Shown here piece by piece: positions 49,128 to 61,000 of a stretch of 64,000 nt of DNA (its first letter is position 1; each line of letters opens with the position of its first letter). This DNA comes from Macrostomum lignano. Its lineage: Eukaryota. A model generated the notes under the pieces. The model searched no databases and had not been told where the DNA came from. It was given only the letters and a program-made list of their open reading frames with translations. The stretch spans positions 248,001-312,000 of the forward strand of contig NIVC01001340.1 in the NCBI GenBank assembly GCA_002269645.1. The letters run 5' to 3'. The translations under genes were made by a program, and so were the position numbers.

Positions 49128-49898
49128 TATGAAATAGCAGAGCATCCAGCAGCAGTAGCAGAGATTAAATGGCACAAACAGACTGAACAACAAACCCAGC
49201 CCAGAGGAAATCTGTAAACATAATTTATTAGTGTGTAACATATAATTAAAGATGCACTCAACAAGCCAGTAAAGACAACATGGGATGCACATCAATTCAC
49301 TCCACTATTGGGAATAAAATACGATTCAGACATTGAGAACTAACAGCCGCGAATATATAATTATTACACTTAAATTATGCAGAACAAATACGGGAACAGC
49401 TTCAAATAAATCAGTACACCAAAATAATCAAGATATGAAAATTATCGTACATAAACAATCAGTACAATCATCACGATCTGTAACAATACACTTTTCTATT
49501 ACCAGTGTTTCAAGCCCTCGACCTATCAAAATATTGTCAAAATGAAACGGAGAGCTTATAATAAACAATGACAGAATGCGTTGAGATTCAAATCCAACTG
49601 CAAGTTGAAAATCGGATTCAATGGACGCCGTGCACTAATGACATGCCTTCTCTATGCGCGTGCCTTTCTACGGATGTAGTAATCTTTGCTTGAGATCTCA
49701 TGAAAATAGGTGCACAAAGATATCTGTTTTAAATTTTGTTTTTTAAACGCCAGAATCAGTTAGGCGACTTAGGGCCGCTGATTGGGACAAGTACAGGTGG
49801 AACCTTTGAACTGCAGGAAAGGCTTTGGAGCATAAAGGCATTTAGCGCACACAAAACGGACCAAACAGACTGCCCAAAGAATGGTTTTATTGTTGCAA

Positions 49899-52800
49899 TC
49901 ATTGCTGAGCCGCAGTGAGCGACGTCTCCGCGTGAGACGCCTCCTCGTCAATGTCTTCGTCATCCTCCTCGTCATCCGGGTCGCCCCCCTCGCCGGCCGG
50001 GGTGCTGCGCACCTCCTGGTACCACTTGTCAGTCAGGGTGGTCATCATTCGCCGGCCCTCCGTCACCTCCTTGTGCGTGAAGGTGCGCGTGAAGAATGGC
50101 ATGAGGTAGCGCAGGTCAAGCCGGATGAAGCCCTGCAGCTTGTGACCGCCGGGACCAACTGGGACGCCCGGGACACCCGGGCCGCCGCCGCTGAGTTCAA
50201 CTTCGGATTCGGCGAATTCCGAATACTGCTCGCTGTCCATGGCGGCGCCCATCTGGGTTTTGCTCAGCGTCACTTCCTGCTTCTCGCGGGCCCGCCTGCG
50301 GCGCCGGCGCGATCTGGGAGGAACCGGATTGACAAGCGATGATCGTAATGAGGGTGATTTTCAAGGGAACTGGAGGGCGATTCTCAAGAGAATTTGAGGG
50401 CGATTCTCAAGGGAACTGGAGGGCGATTCTCAAGGGAACTGGAGGGCGATTCTCAAGGGAACTGGAGGGCGTTTGTCAAGGGAACTGGAGGGCGATTGTC
50501 AAGGGAACTGGAGGTCGATTCTCAAGGCAACTGGAGGGCGATTCTCAAAGGAATTGGAGGGCGATTCTCAAAGGAACTGGAGGGCGATTCTCAAGGGAAC
50601 TGGAGGGCGATTCTCAAGGGAACTGGAGGGCGATTCTCAAGGCAACTGGAGGGCGATTCTCAAGGGAACTGGAGGGCGATTCTCAAGGGAACTGGAGGGC
50701 GATTCTCAAGGGAACTGGAGGGCGATTCTCAAGGGAACTGGAGGGCGATTCTCAAGGGAACTGGAGGGCGATTCTCAAGGGAATTGGAGGGCGATTCTCA
50801 GGGGAACTGGAGGGCGATTCTCAGGGGAACTGGAGGGCGATTCTCAAGGGAACTGGAGGGCGATTCTCAAGGGAATTGGAGGGCGATTCTCAAGGGAATT
50901 GGAGGGCGATTCTCAAGGGAACTGGAGGGCGATTCTCAAAGGAACTGGAGGGCGATTCTCAAGGGAATTGGAGGGCGATTCTCAAGGGAACTGGAGGGCG
51001 ATTCTCAAGGAAAATGAAGGGCGATTCTCAAAGGAACTGGAGGGCGATTCTCAAGGGAACTGGAGGGCGATTCTCAAGGGAACTGGAGGGCGATTCTCAA
51101 GGGATCTGGAGGGCGATTCTCCAGGGAACTGGAGGACGATTCTCAAGGGAACTGGAGGGCGATTCTCAAGGGAACTGGAGGGCGATTCTCAAGGGAACTG
51201 GAGGGCGATTCTCAAGGGATCTGGAGGGCGATTTTCCAGGGAACTGGAGGACGATTCTCAAGGGAACTGGAGGGCGATTCTCAAAGGAACTGGAGGGCGA
51301 TTCTCAAAGGAACTGGAGGGCGATTCTCAAGGGAATTGGAGGGCGAGTCTCAAGGGAATTGGTGGGCGATTCTCAAGGAAAATGAAGGGCGATTCTCAAA
51401 GGAACTGGAGGGCGATTCTCAAGGGAACTGGAGGGCGATTCTCAAGGGAACTGGAGGGCGATTCTCAAGGGATCTGGAGGGCGATTCTCCAGGGAACTGG
51501 AGGACGATTCTCAAGGGAACTGGAGGGCGATTCTCAAGGGAACTGGAGGGCGATTCTCAAGGGAACTGGAGGGCGATTCTCAAGGGATCTGGAGGGCGAT
51601 TCTCTAGGGAACTGGAGGACGTTTCTCAAGGGAACTGGAGGGCGATTCTCAAGGCAACTGGAGGGCGATTCTCAAGGGATCTGGAGGGCGATTCTCAAGG
51701 GAACTGGAGAGCGATTCTCAAGGGATCTGGAGGGCGATTCTCCAGGGAACTGGAGGACGATTCTCAAGGGAACTGGAGGGCGATTGAAGGGATTGATAGA
51801 GAGAAAATGTACATAAAGCGCAGTTTAAAGTACCAGTTAAATTTTACGGTGGAATTCATCATCATTATGAGCTATTCCAGACGTAAATTAAAATAGGTTT
51901 CTCAAAAGCATCTGTGACAGAAGCAGCTTGATTTGACTAAGCTAGACCCGAACTAAAGACAACTAACTATCAGGTTTGCAACGCAGCCAGAACGCTCGCT
52001 GTAAGCTGATCGAGAGCTTTCCGCCTCAGCGCTCAGTCATCAAAGACTAAAAAGCGGGGAGGGGATTAGCGGTAGGTTGAGAGGCTCAATATCTCTTATA
52101 GATCAAAAGAGCTAAAAAAATAGATCGATAGCGACTACGCTGTAATAAATTAGCTGCAATCTAAGCCCACGTAGGTAAATCACAACGTAGAAGTAAAAAA
52201 AATCGAACATATATTAAAAGTACGGCAAGCATTACTAAACGGTAGGACCATGCAGTACTGTGAATCAGGGGTCGGCTAACTTTTGCCTCAGCAGACAGAT
52301 AAAGAGAGGGGAGAGGGGAAAGAGATTAGATGGGATAGAGATTAGATGGGATAGGAGAGTAGAAAGGAGCAATCAGTGCAATCAGCCAATATCTACGTGG
52401 AGCCACTACTAGAAGAGTAAAAGTGAAATTTCGGCACAAGGGAAAGGAGATTCAGGGAGGTCCAAATTCAGGGAGATTCACGAAAACCATCACGAAAGTC
52501 CCGCACGACCTTATTGAAGCCATCTCCATTGTTTTCAGACAATAACTGTTTGCAGCTTCAATTAGACCGACCTATATTAGGTCATTAGATAAGCAGAGAT
52601 TTTTAACCCACCTGGAAGAACCGGCTGCTGGATCGTTATAATAATAATAAGTCTGCATCCAGGCCGGACGCCGCTCTAAGCACTTCATCAGCGGCATGGT
52701 GCTGCCGCCCAGCACCAGTATGGTGAACAGCACAATGACCAGAGTGGTTGTGACCAATATCTGCCTAGTCTCGCCGCGCACATCCAGATGAATAGCCAGA

Positions 52801-54589
52801 GCGAATGCGATAGCGCCGCGCAGACCGGAGAACCACATAATCAATTGATTTTTCAGCGTAATCTTGTGCTGACGAAAGTAGTTCAAACAGAAGCTCAACG
52901 GGAAGATGTTAAAAGCGCGACCGAGAAGGCACAGAGCGATGCACCAGATCACCAATGACGGCTGCAATAGATGACTAAAGCTGAATATGGCTAAGCCCAA
53001 GTAGGCGAACACCAGTGTCTCAGCTAGGAATGCCATTGTGCGAAACGTGTGCTGCACAGTGATCTGAGTGACTGGAGACAGATTCCTGTGAGTGTAGTGC
53101 GACATGACTATGCCAGCGAACAAGATGGCCATGATGCCGGACATGTGCAAGCCCTCAGCCAGGCAGTAGGGCGCGTAGCTGAATATGAGCATAATGCCAA
53201 CCTCCAGCGAGGGAGTCTTACGCAAGTCCACCCATTTGAGTAGCAGTGCGGAGGCCAAGGCGAACACTGTGCCAATGCCGGCAGAGCACAGGAATGTTTT
53301 AAAGAAATTTAACACGGCTAAGCCAAGAGCGTGAAGTCCGCCGTCTTCCGGTTTCACCTGTTTGTTGAGAAAGTTAACATACAGTACCTATTTAGTAACT
53401 ATAACCTACCTATTATTAACTAATCATTAGTTTGTAGATTAACCTAGACAGCCACACACCCTCAATAACTCCAGCTAATTCTGGCACCCATTTTACAGCT
53501 GGGTTAACTGAAGCAATACAAAGTTAAATGTCTTGCTCAAGGACACAAATTGTTCCGAGTGGTTTAAGAATCGAATCACCGACCTTTTAGTCGTAAGTCC
53601 GACGCTCTAACCACTAGGCTACAACCCTCTAACATCACTCAATATATTATAGGTATAACTTAAACATTAATAACCCCATTCGGTCAATCTGTTTCATAGT
53701 AACATGGACTAGGAGGCATTTTAGGTCAATGATTATTCACTTCACTGTAAGGCAAAATAATGAAACGTCTATTCTGTATCGCAATCTACTTGCCCAGTAT
53801 ACCAGAGTGCCCCTTCGGGGGGCACATCGCGCTAGTCTATGTACTAAATTTGTTGATAATTTTTAATTTAAAAAAACAGTAGTAGGACTCAGTTTATATT
53901 CCCACCTGTATAACGGTAGTCATAAGCACAATGGAGACCGCATCATTAAGAATACTCTCGCCAAACACCAACATGTATAGTATGGGATCCACTTTAATAG
54001 CCTGAAAGATGGCCAGCGTTGCCACTGGATCAACGGCCGATATTAGCGACCCAAATGCGAAGCTTTCCACCAAAGTGAGCTGATATGTGATGCCGGCAAC
54101 GCCTACCAGGTAAACACCGGCGCCAATTACCGCTGCAGAGATTACCGTGCCCAATATGGCGAACAATAGGATGCTGCCGATGTTGTGAAAGAAGTTGCCT
54201 TTGTGCAGATTGTAGCCGGACTCGAATATGATTGGCGGCAGAATCACTAGGAAGAAAATCATAGGAGGGAATGCTTCCTCTTTGCGCCAGTTGCCAATTA
54301 ATTGCAATAACAGGCCAATTAGTGCGCCAACAAACACCACAGCGATGGACTCCGGCAGGTATGTGAGCTTCAATTTAATCAGCAAGTGAATCACTAGAAT
54401 ACAAAGACCTAGCACAGCTAGCACAAAGAATAGCGTCATTGAAACTGTGTGCTCCATCTCTGAGGCTGAGTTCACCGAAGCTGTGGTTGCCGAGCCGCCC
54501 GGAGGAATCGGACTGGGCGATACGACGCCGCTACCGTTGCCTAGCAACGACTGATTAGCGGCGCTCACGGATGGCGTAGACATGACCAT
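49899..54589 (-). CDS. SLC9A8: Sodium/hydrogen exchanger 8 (NHE8), 3 coding exons, 614 aa
   Basis: Exons 54589-53906, 53357-52612, 50313-49899 (1845 nt). Motifs: LPPIIFESGY, FGSLISAVDPVATLAIF, VFGESILNDAVSIV, SGLRGAIAFALA, GGSTMP. The NHE8-type tail reads FIRLDLRYLMPFFTR...KWYQEVR. Confidence 0.95.
50360..51785. repeat. 23-bp minisatellite (GAGGGCGATTCTCAAGGGAACTG) in SLC9A8 intron 2
   Basis: Tandem units; accounts for the 50-52 kb ORFs. Confidence 0.95.
53445..53628 (-). mobile_element. tRNA-derived CORE-SINE (MIR-like core) in SLC9A8 intron 1
   Basis: The minus strand head has A-box TAGCCTAGTGG and B-box-like GGTGATTCGATTC. The plus strand 53487-53546 CCCATTTTACAGCTGGGTTAACTGAAGC...GTTAAATGTCTTGCTCAAGGACAC resembles the MIR/CORE consensus (CCCATTTTACAGATGAGGAAACTGAGGC...GTTAAGTGACTTGCCCAAGGTCAC). 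Confidence 0.8.
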
Positions 54590-55234
54590 GATTTGGCTAA
54601 TTGACTAATTTCGCACCAGTCGATTGACTCAACTATTTTTCAACGCGACGATTAGGACGACGCATTTGCTGGGTCCGCCTGATTTTGTCACTGTTTATGC
54701 ATGCAATCAAAATCATAATTGAGAATTAATAAATCAAAATAGCACGCGAAACAATGAATAGAATATGGATGGAAAACTGACTGCTGGTCTTTAATCAATT
54801 GATGATGATTGCCTACAAAATAAAGCGTTGCATTCAATAGATGCAATTAATTGATCTGCTTTTTAAATGGCTTTGAATAGGAGAACCCAGACCTAATTAA
54901 AATTTCTGTAGCGAAAAAATGCTGATTTAAACAAACCTAAAAACAAAGGAGCAGCGCTGAACTGTAGAGGTTCTGTAGACTTATGGGGTTTAAGCTGTCG
55001 TACCACGGTTAACAGGAGCTTTAGAATTTTAGAAACTGGCCAACAACAAGACGACAGTCAACCAGCAGCAAGCTAGGAGGCAAAATAGTCATACCTTTCT
55101 CAGAATCACGCAATGTAGACTCTCTGCGCCTTTAGGGTTGGCCCTTCATGGACGCGAATCGCGTGCTAAATCTCTAAAGCCATTTTTCTAGCACACAATC
55201 AAACCTTCGGTCTCAGTCGAGAGTCGAATACAGC

Positions 55235-55812
55235 TTGCACTCTAAAGAATCTAAAGATAAGGGATGGCTGTGCACTCTAAAGAATCTAAAGATAAGGGAT
55301 AGCTGTGCACTCTAAAGCATCTAAAGATAAGGTGTGGCTGTGCACTCTAAAGCATCTATAGATGAGGGTAGCTGTGCACTCTAAAGCATCTATAGATGAG
55401 GGTAGCTGTGCACTCTAAAGCATCTAAAAATAAGGGATAGCTGTGCACTCTAAAGCATCTATAGATGAGGGTAGCTGTGTACTCTAAAGCATCTAAAGAT
55501 AAGGGATAGCTGTGCACTCTAAAGCATCTATAGATGAGGGTAGCTGTGCACTCTAAAGCATCTATAGATGAGGGTAGCTGTGCACTCTAAAGCATCTAAA
55601 GATGAGGGTAGCTGTGCACTCTAAAGCATCTATAGATGAGGGTAGCTGTGCACTCTAAAGCATCTAAAGATGAGGGTAGCTGTGCACTCTAAAGCATCTA
55701 TAGATGAGGTATGGCTGTGCACTCTAAAGCATCTATAGATGAGGTATGGCTGTGCACTCTAAAGCATCTATAGATGAGGTATGGCTGTGCACTCTAAAGC
55801 ATCTATAGATGA
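55235..55812. repeat. 34-bp minisatellite (GCTGTGCACTCTAAAGCATCTATAGATGAGGGTA)
   Basis: Tandem units containing the 12-bp palindrome CATCTATAGATG. Confidence 0.95.
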
Positions 55813-56689
55813 GAGATCGCGACGAAAAATCTGCAAATACATGTATGTTTTTCGCTCTATGCTGTCAAATCAAATGACGATTGCAATACACCACAGCAGC
55901 TATCGCAAACAAAGGAATACTAACAATTGGAATAAAAAACATAAAGCCAGAAGCAGTAAGTAATGGGGCTTTTTAACGCACCAGCATATAAAGCCAATAC
56001 ATATATTTTTTAATTTTAAGGAAGAGAAGAAGTGAAACCAAACCGCGATTCAGCGCTGCCGTATGAATTTTTTCCATTGTTTCGTTTCAAAACTCAATCA
56101 TTAGTAGTTGTTGAAATCACGGTCACGAGCTAATGAAACACAACAAGCCCAGTAACTAATATATAATATATAAAATACACTACTAATATTAACATCGAAA
56201 GTAAAAAAATGTTTTTAGTATAATATTTATATTAACTGTTTCTTGGAATAACAGATCATCACAGCCAGTATCAATCGTATTAGCAGTTTACGGGGCTTCT
56301 ACTGGTAAATAGAAGCCAATTAAAAAATAAATAGAAAAATTGGTCCACGCGTAATTAAAAGTTTTATAGCAAGCACTGTAGTGAAATTGGTGCGCAAAAG
56401 ATGAAGTTAAAAATTTTTTTGGACACAGCCAATTGTACAAAATTGATGAATATTTAGTTTAACTAAAAGTACGCATATGATAAGCAGAAGCAGTGAGTAA
56501 GCTTTTTATGCCTTTATTAATATATTTATCAATAATAACCATTAGCGAGAATCACTTGATAAAACTGTTTAAAAATCATTTGCTAAAATACTTTTTTAGC
56601 GCTTGATGTGTACACTACGAAATAGGTGATAAATATAGATTTATAATTCTAACTTACGCAATTTGCGAGCTTCAGTTCCATCGTCATTT

Positions 56690-57870
56690 AGCGGGTCTCT
56701 ACCCCCTTCCCCTGTCCTTCTACAGCGAGTCTCTACCCCCTTCCCCTGTCCTTCTACAGCGAGTCTCTACCCCCTTCTCCTGTCCTTCTACAGCGGGTCT
56801 CTACCCCCTTCCCCTGTCCTTCTACAGCGAGTCTCTACCCCTTCTCCTGTCCTTCTACAGCGGGTCTCTACCCCCTTCCCCTGTCCTTCTACAGCGAGTC
56901 TCTACCCCCTTCCCCTGTCCTTCTACAGCGGGTCTCTACCCCCTTCCCCTGTCCTTCTACAGCGAGTCTCTACCCCCTTCCCCTGTCCTTCTACAGCGAG
57001 TCTCTACCCCCTTCCCCTGTCCTTCTACAGCGAGTCTCTACCCCCTTCCCCTGTCCTTCTACAGCGGGTCTCTACCCCCTTCCCCTGTCCTTCTACAGCG
57101 AGTCTCTACCCCTTCCCCTGTCCTTCTACAGCGGGTCTCTACCCCCTTCCCCTGTCCTTCTACAGCGGGTCTCTACCCCCTTCCCCTGTCCTTCTACAGC
57201 GAGTCTCTACCCCCTTCCCCTGTCCTTCTACAGCGGGTCTCTACCCCCTTCCCCTGTCCTTCTACAGCGGGTCTCTACCCCCTTCCCCTGTCCTTCTACA
57301 GCGAGTCTCTACCCCCTTCTCCTGTCCTTCTACAGCGAGTCTCTACCCCCTTCCCCTGTCCTTCTACAGCGAGTCTCTACCCCCTTCTCCTGACCTTCTA
57401 CAGCGAGTCTCTACCCCCTTCTCCTGACCTTTCATAGCGGGTATCTACCCGCTCACCTGTCCTACAGCATCGGGTATCTACCCGCTCACCTGTCCTACAG
57501 CATCGGGTATCTACGCCCTCACCTGTCCTACAGCATCGGGTATCTACGCCCTCACCTGTCCTACAGCATCGGGTATCTACGCCCTCACCTGTCCTACAGC
57601 ATCGGGTGTCTACCCCCTCACCTGTCCTACAGCATCGGGTATCTACCCCTTTCCCCTGTCCTACAGCATCGGGTATCTACCCCTTTCCCCTGTCCTACAG
57701 CGAGTCTCTACCCCCTCACCTGTCCTACAGCATCGGGTATCTACCCCCTTTCCCTGTCCTACAGCGGGTCTCTACCCCCTCACCTGTCCTACAGCATCGG
57801 GTATCTACCCCTTTCCCCTGTCCTACAGCGGGTTTCTACCCCCTTCCCCTGTCCTACAGCGAGTCTCTAC
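56690..57870. repeat. 34-bp C-rich minisatellite (CTTCTACAGCGAGTCTCTACCCCCTTCCCCTGTC) with a variant block
   Basis: Tandem units. Confidence 0.95.
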
Positions 57871-58077
57871 CACTAATCAAACTGGCGCGCTCGTCGTAGT
57901 AACCAGGTTGTATAATTATCGATGTGAAAACAATAAAAAACAACGCATTCAAACGGTAAACATTTTGGAAACAAAACAATTCTGTTTTTTATACGTTTAA
58001 GATAAATAACTTTGTTAGAAAAAGATTCACCAAACAGTTAGTCAGTTGTTTCGAATTAAAAAAGCTGGACGCCGACA

Positions 58078-61000
58078 CTAAGCGAAGGTCTCATCCTGGC
58101 CCTGGTCGAAGTCGGCCAGCTCGCGCAACGGCTGAGACGCGTCCTGGCCGTGCGAGCCGTGCCTCATCAGGCCGCCGTCCGGGCCGCCGCCAATCACGCC
58201 GAAGTCGTCCTGTACAGCTGGCGAGTACAGCTGCTTCTTGCCAGGGGCCCGCATGCGCCACTGGACAACGGCACGCTGGCCGGGGCCGCGCTTGTATTGA
58301 GTGCTAGCAATGTAGCTGGCCTTCACAACCAGCACTACGGCTATGATCAGATTCTTGGCAGCCTGGATTAACGACGTGGCGCTGTCTAATCCAGACACAA
58401 TCAGTTCGCCACCGGCGGCGCTCTGAACGTTCACCTTCACGTTGCTGGTGATGTTCAGCTGGTGGCAGTACAGGGTGATCCGCTGTAGGTAAGCCAGCAA
58501 ATCGTTCTTCGTGTTCGAATCCGGACACTCGTCGGCCACCGCTTTGGCCAGCTTGTCCAGCTTCTGTCCGCAGTCCGAGATTCGTTTAGCCGCCTTAATC
58601 ACGTCCATTGTGCTTTTCAGAGGTCCCCGACCCCGAGTGAAATCCGTCATCTCCATCATGATGAGGCACATCTGCTTGGCCAGGACAACAATCTCGTTGG
58701 CCGAGTCGTCCCATTTCACCGTCTCGCGCAGCAGCTTCTGCCTCTCCTCAATAAAGTGGTTAATTTCTTCGCTAATCCGCTCGCGCTCCTGGGCTGGCAG
58801 CATAGCCATCAGGCGGCGCTGGTTGTTCTCGTCATCAACTTCTTCGATGACATTCTCCTGCGCGGTGATGGTTGATTGATGGCGCTCAGGTAATTCATTG
58901 TAGGCAACATGCTCTGCTCCGAATAATTTCCCAATCAAATCCATCTCCGTGTCTCACAGCTCTCACCTGTCAATCAACTCCATCTCCGTGTCTCACAGCT
59001 CTAACCCGTCAATCAACTCAATCTCTGTGCCTCACAGCTCTCACCTGTCAATCAACTCAATCTCTGTGCCTCACAGCTCTAACCCGTCAATCAACGCAAT
59101 CTCCGTGTCTCACAGCTCTCACCTGTCAATCAACTCTATCTGTGTCTCACAGCTCTCACCTGTCAATCAACTCTATCTGTGTCTCACAGCTCTCACCTGT
59201 CAATCAACTCCATCTCTGTCTCACAGCTCTCACATGTCAATCAACTCAATCTCCGTGTCTCACAGCACTCACCTGTCAATCAACTCAATCTCAGTGTCAC
59301 ACAGATCTCCTGTCTCTCCCATCTGTCAATCAGCTCAATCTCCGTGTCTCACCTGTCTCTCATCTGTCAATCAGCTCAATCTCCGTGTCTCACCTGTCTC
59401 TCATCTGTCAATCAGCTCAATCTCCGTGTCTCACCTGTCTCTCATCTGTCAATCAGCTCAATCTCCGTATCTTAAATCTCACCTGTCTCTCTCAATACCT
59501 CACATATGTATGAAGATGATATGACGATATGTATTTTCAAAACCTTCCCAAATCCCTGGTCTGTCTGTTTCTTGCATCTCACACTTTCTCTTCCTTTCTC
59601 TTAAGAGCTACTTGTCCGTCATTCTTCTATCCAATCTATTTATTATGCATGTTCTTCTTCAGCACAAGCAGATTAAGCATATACACTTACACATGAGTAC
59701 AGTTTGAAATGCATGCGCAAATCTGTGAAAGTAATGTGATCAAATTGAAAACGAATCAAAATAAGCAAAAATTCCGCATTAATGAACTGTCAGATTCATT
59801 TTTCTCTTAACTTCACACACTCGCTGAGTAGTGAACAATGAAATCTGACTAATAGAAAATGTACGCAGTAAAAACATTTCTAAAACACGAGTTAATCCAG
59901 CGTCGATCAGCCAGGCTCACATCATAATCCGGGTAGTAGCTGCACTGCCAGTCAAATTCGTTGTCCTTTTTTCGATAAAAAGGGCGAATAATAATACTTT
60001 GAAAGATAAAATAATCCACTCGAATGCGCGGGTAACCTACTGTTAGTAGGCTATTTGAGACATTGTAAGAAAAAGCTTTACCGTACAGGGTCTGAAGAAA
60101 CACTGATTCATAGAAACCTTTATTATAATCCTTGATTAGGTACAAAATGTCTTTAAATCACTTAGATGAACTGAAAGCCGTCCAAAAAATCAAAGGTACA
60201 ACTTGTTCTGAAAAAACTCTGATGCACCCTGTCCCACAAACCTCAAGGTATACCTTTTGTTTCAATTACAACTTAAAATAACAACAGCAATCACAATTTT
60301 TTCAGAAACCAAAAAACGCATTATGTGCTATAAACTTGCAGTTTGTCCTGTAAACTAAAAGTGCATTGTGTCCTAGAAACTAAAAGTACATCTTGTCCTT
60401 AAAACTTTAGATGCATCCTGTCTAAGAACTCAAAAGTACACCTTGTCCAGGAAACTAAAAGTATACCCTGTCCAGGTAACTAAAAGTACATCTTGTCCTT
60501 AAAACTTTTGATGCATTCTGTCTAAGAAATCAAAAGTACATCTTGTCTAGGTAACCAAAAGTACATCTTGTCCTTAAAACTTTAGATGCATCCTGTCTAA
60601 GAACTCAAAAGTACACCTTGTACAGGAAACTAAAAGTATACCCTGTCCAGGAAACTAAAAGTACATATTGTCCTTAAAACTTAAGATACATCCTGTCTAA
60701 GAAATCAAAAGTACATCTTGTCCAGGTAACTAAAAGTAAATCTTGTGCTTAAAACTTTAGATGCATCCTGTCTAAGAAACCAAAAGTACACCTTGTCCAG
60801 GTAACTAAAAATTCATCTTGTTCTTAAAACTTTAGATGCATCCTGTCTAAGAAATCAAAAGTACACCTTGTCCAGGTAACTAAAAGTACATCTTGTCCTT
60901 AAAACTTAAGATGCATCCTGTCTAAGAAATCAAAAGTACATCTAGCTTACTTAACTAAAGGTGTCCTGCAATTTTTCTATGGTATGGATATATAACAATA

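Noticed and set aside
50339-51896. 347-447-aa ORFs with GNWRAILKG repeats
   Set aside because: Read-through of the 23-bp intronic array, antisense to SLC9A8 intron 2.
59849-60145. 98-aa ORF as a nested gene
   Set aside because: Non-ATG start and no family motif; only the internal 45-nt segment has splice signals.
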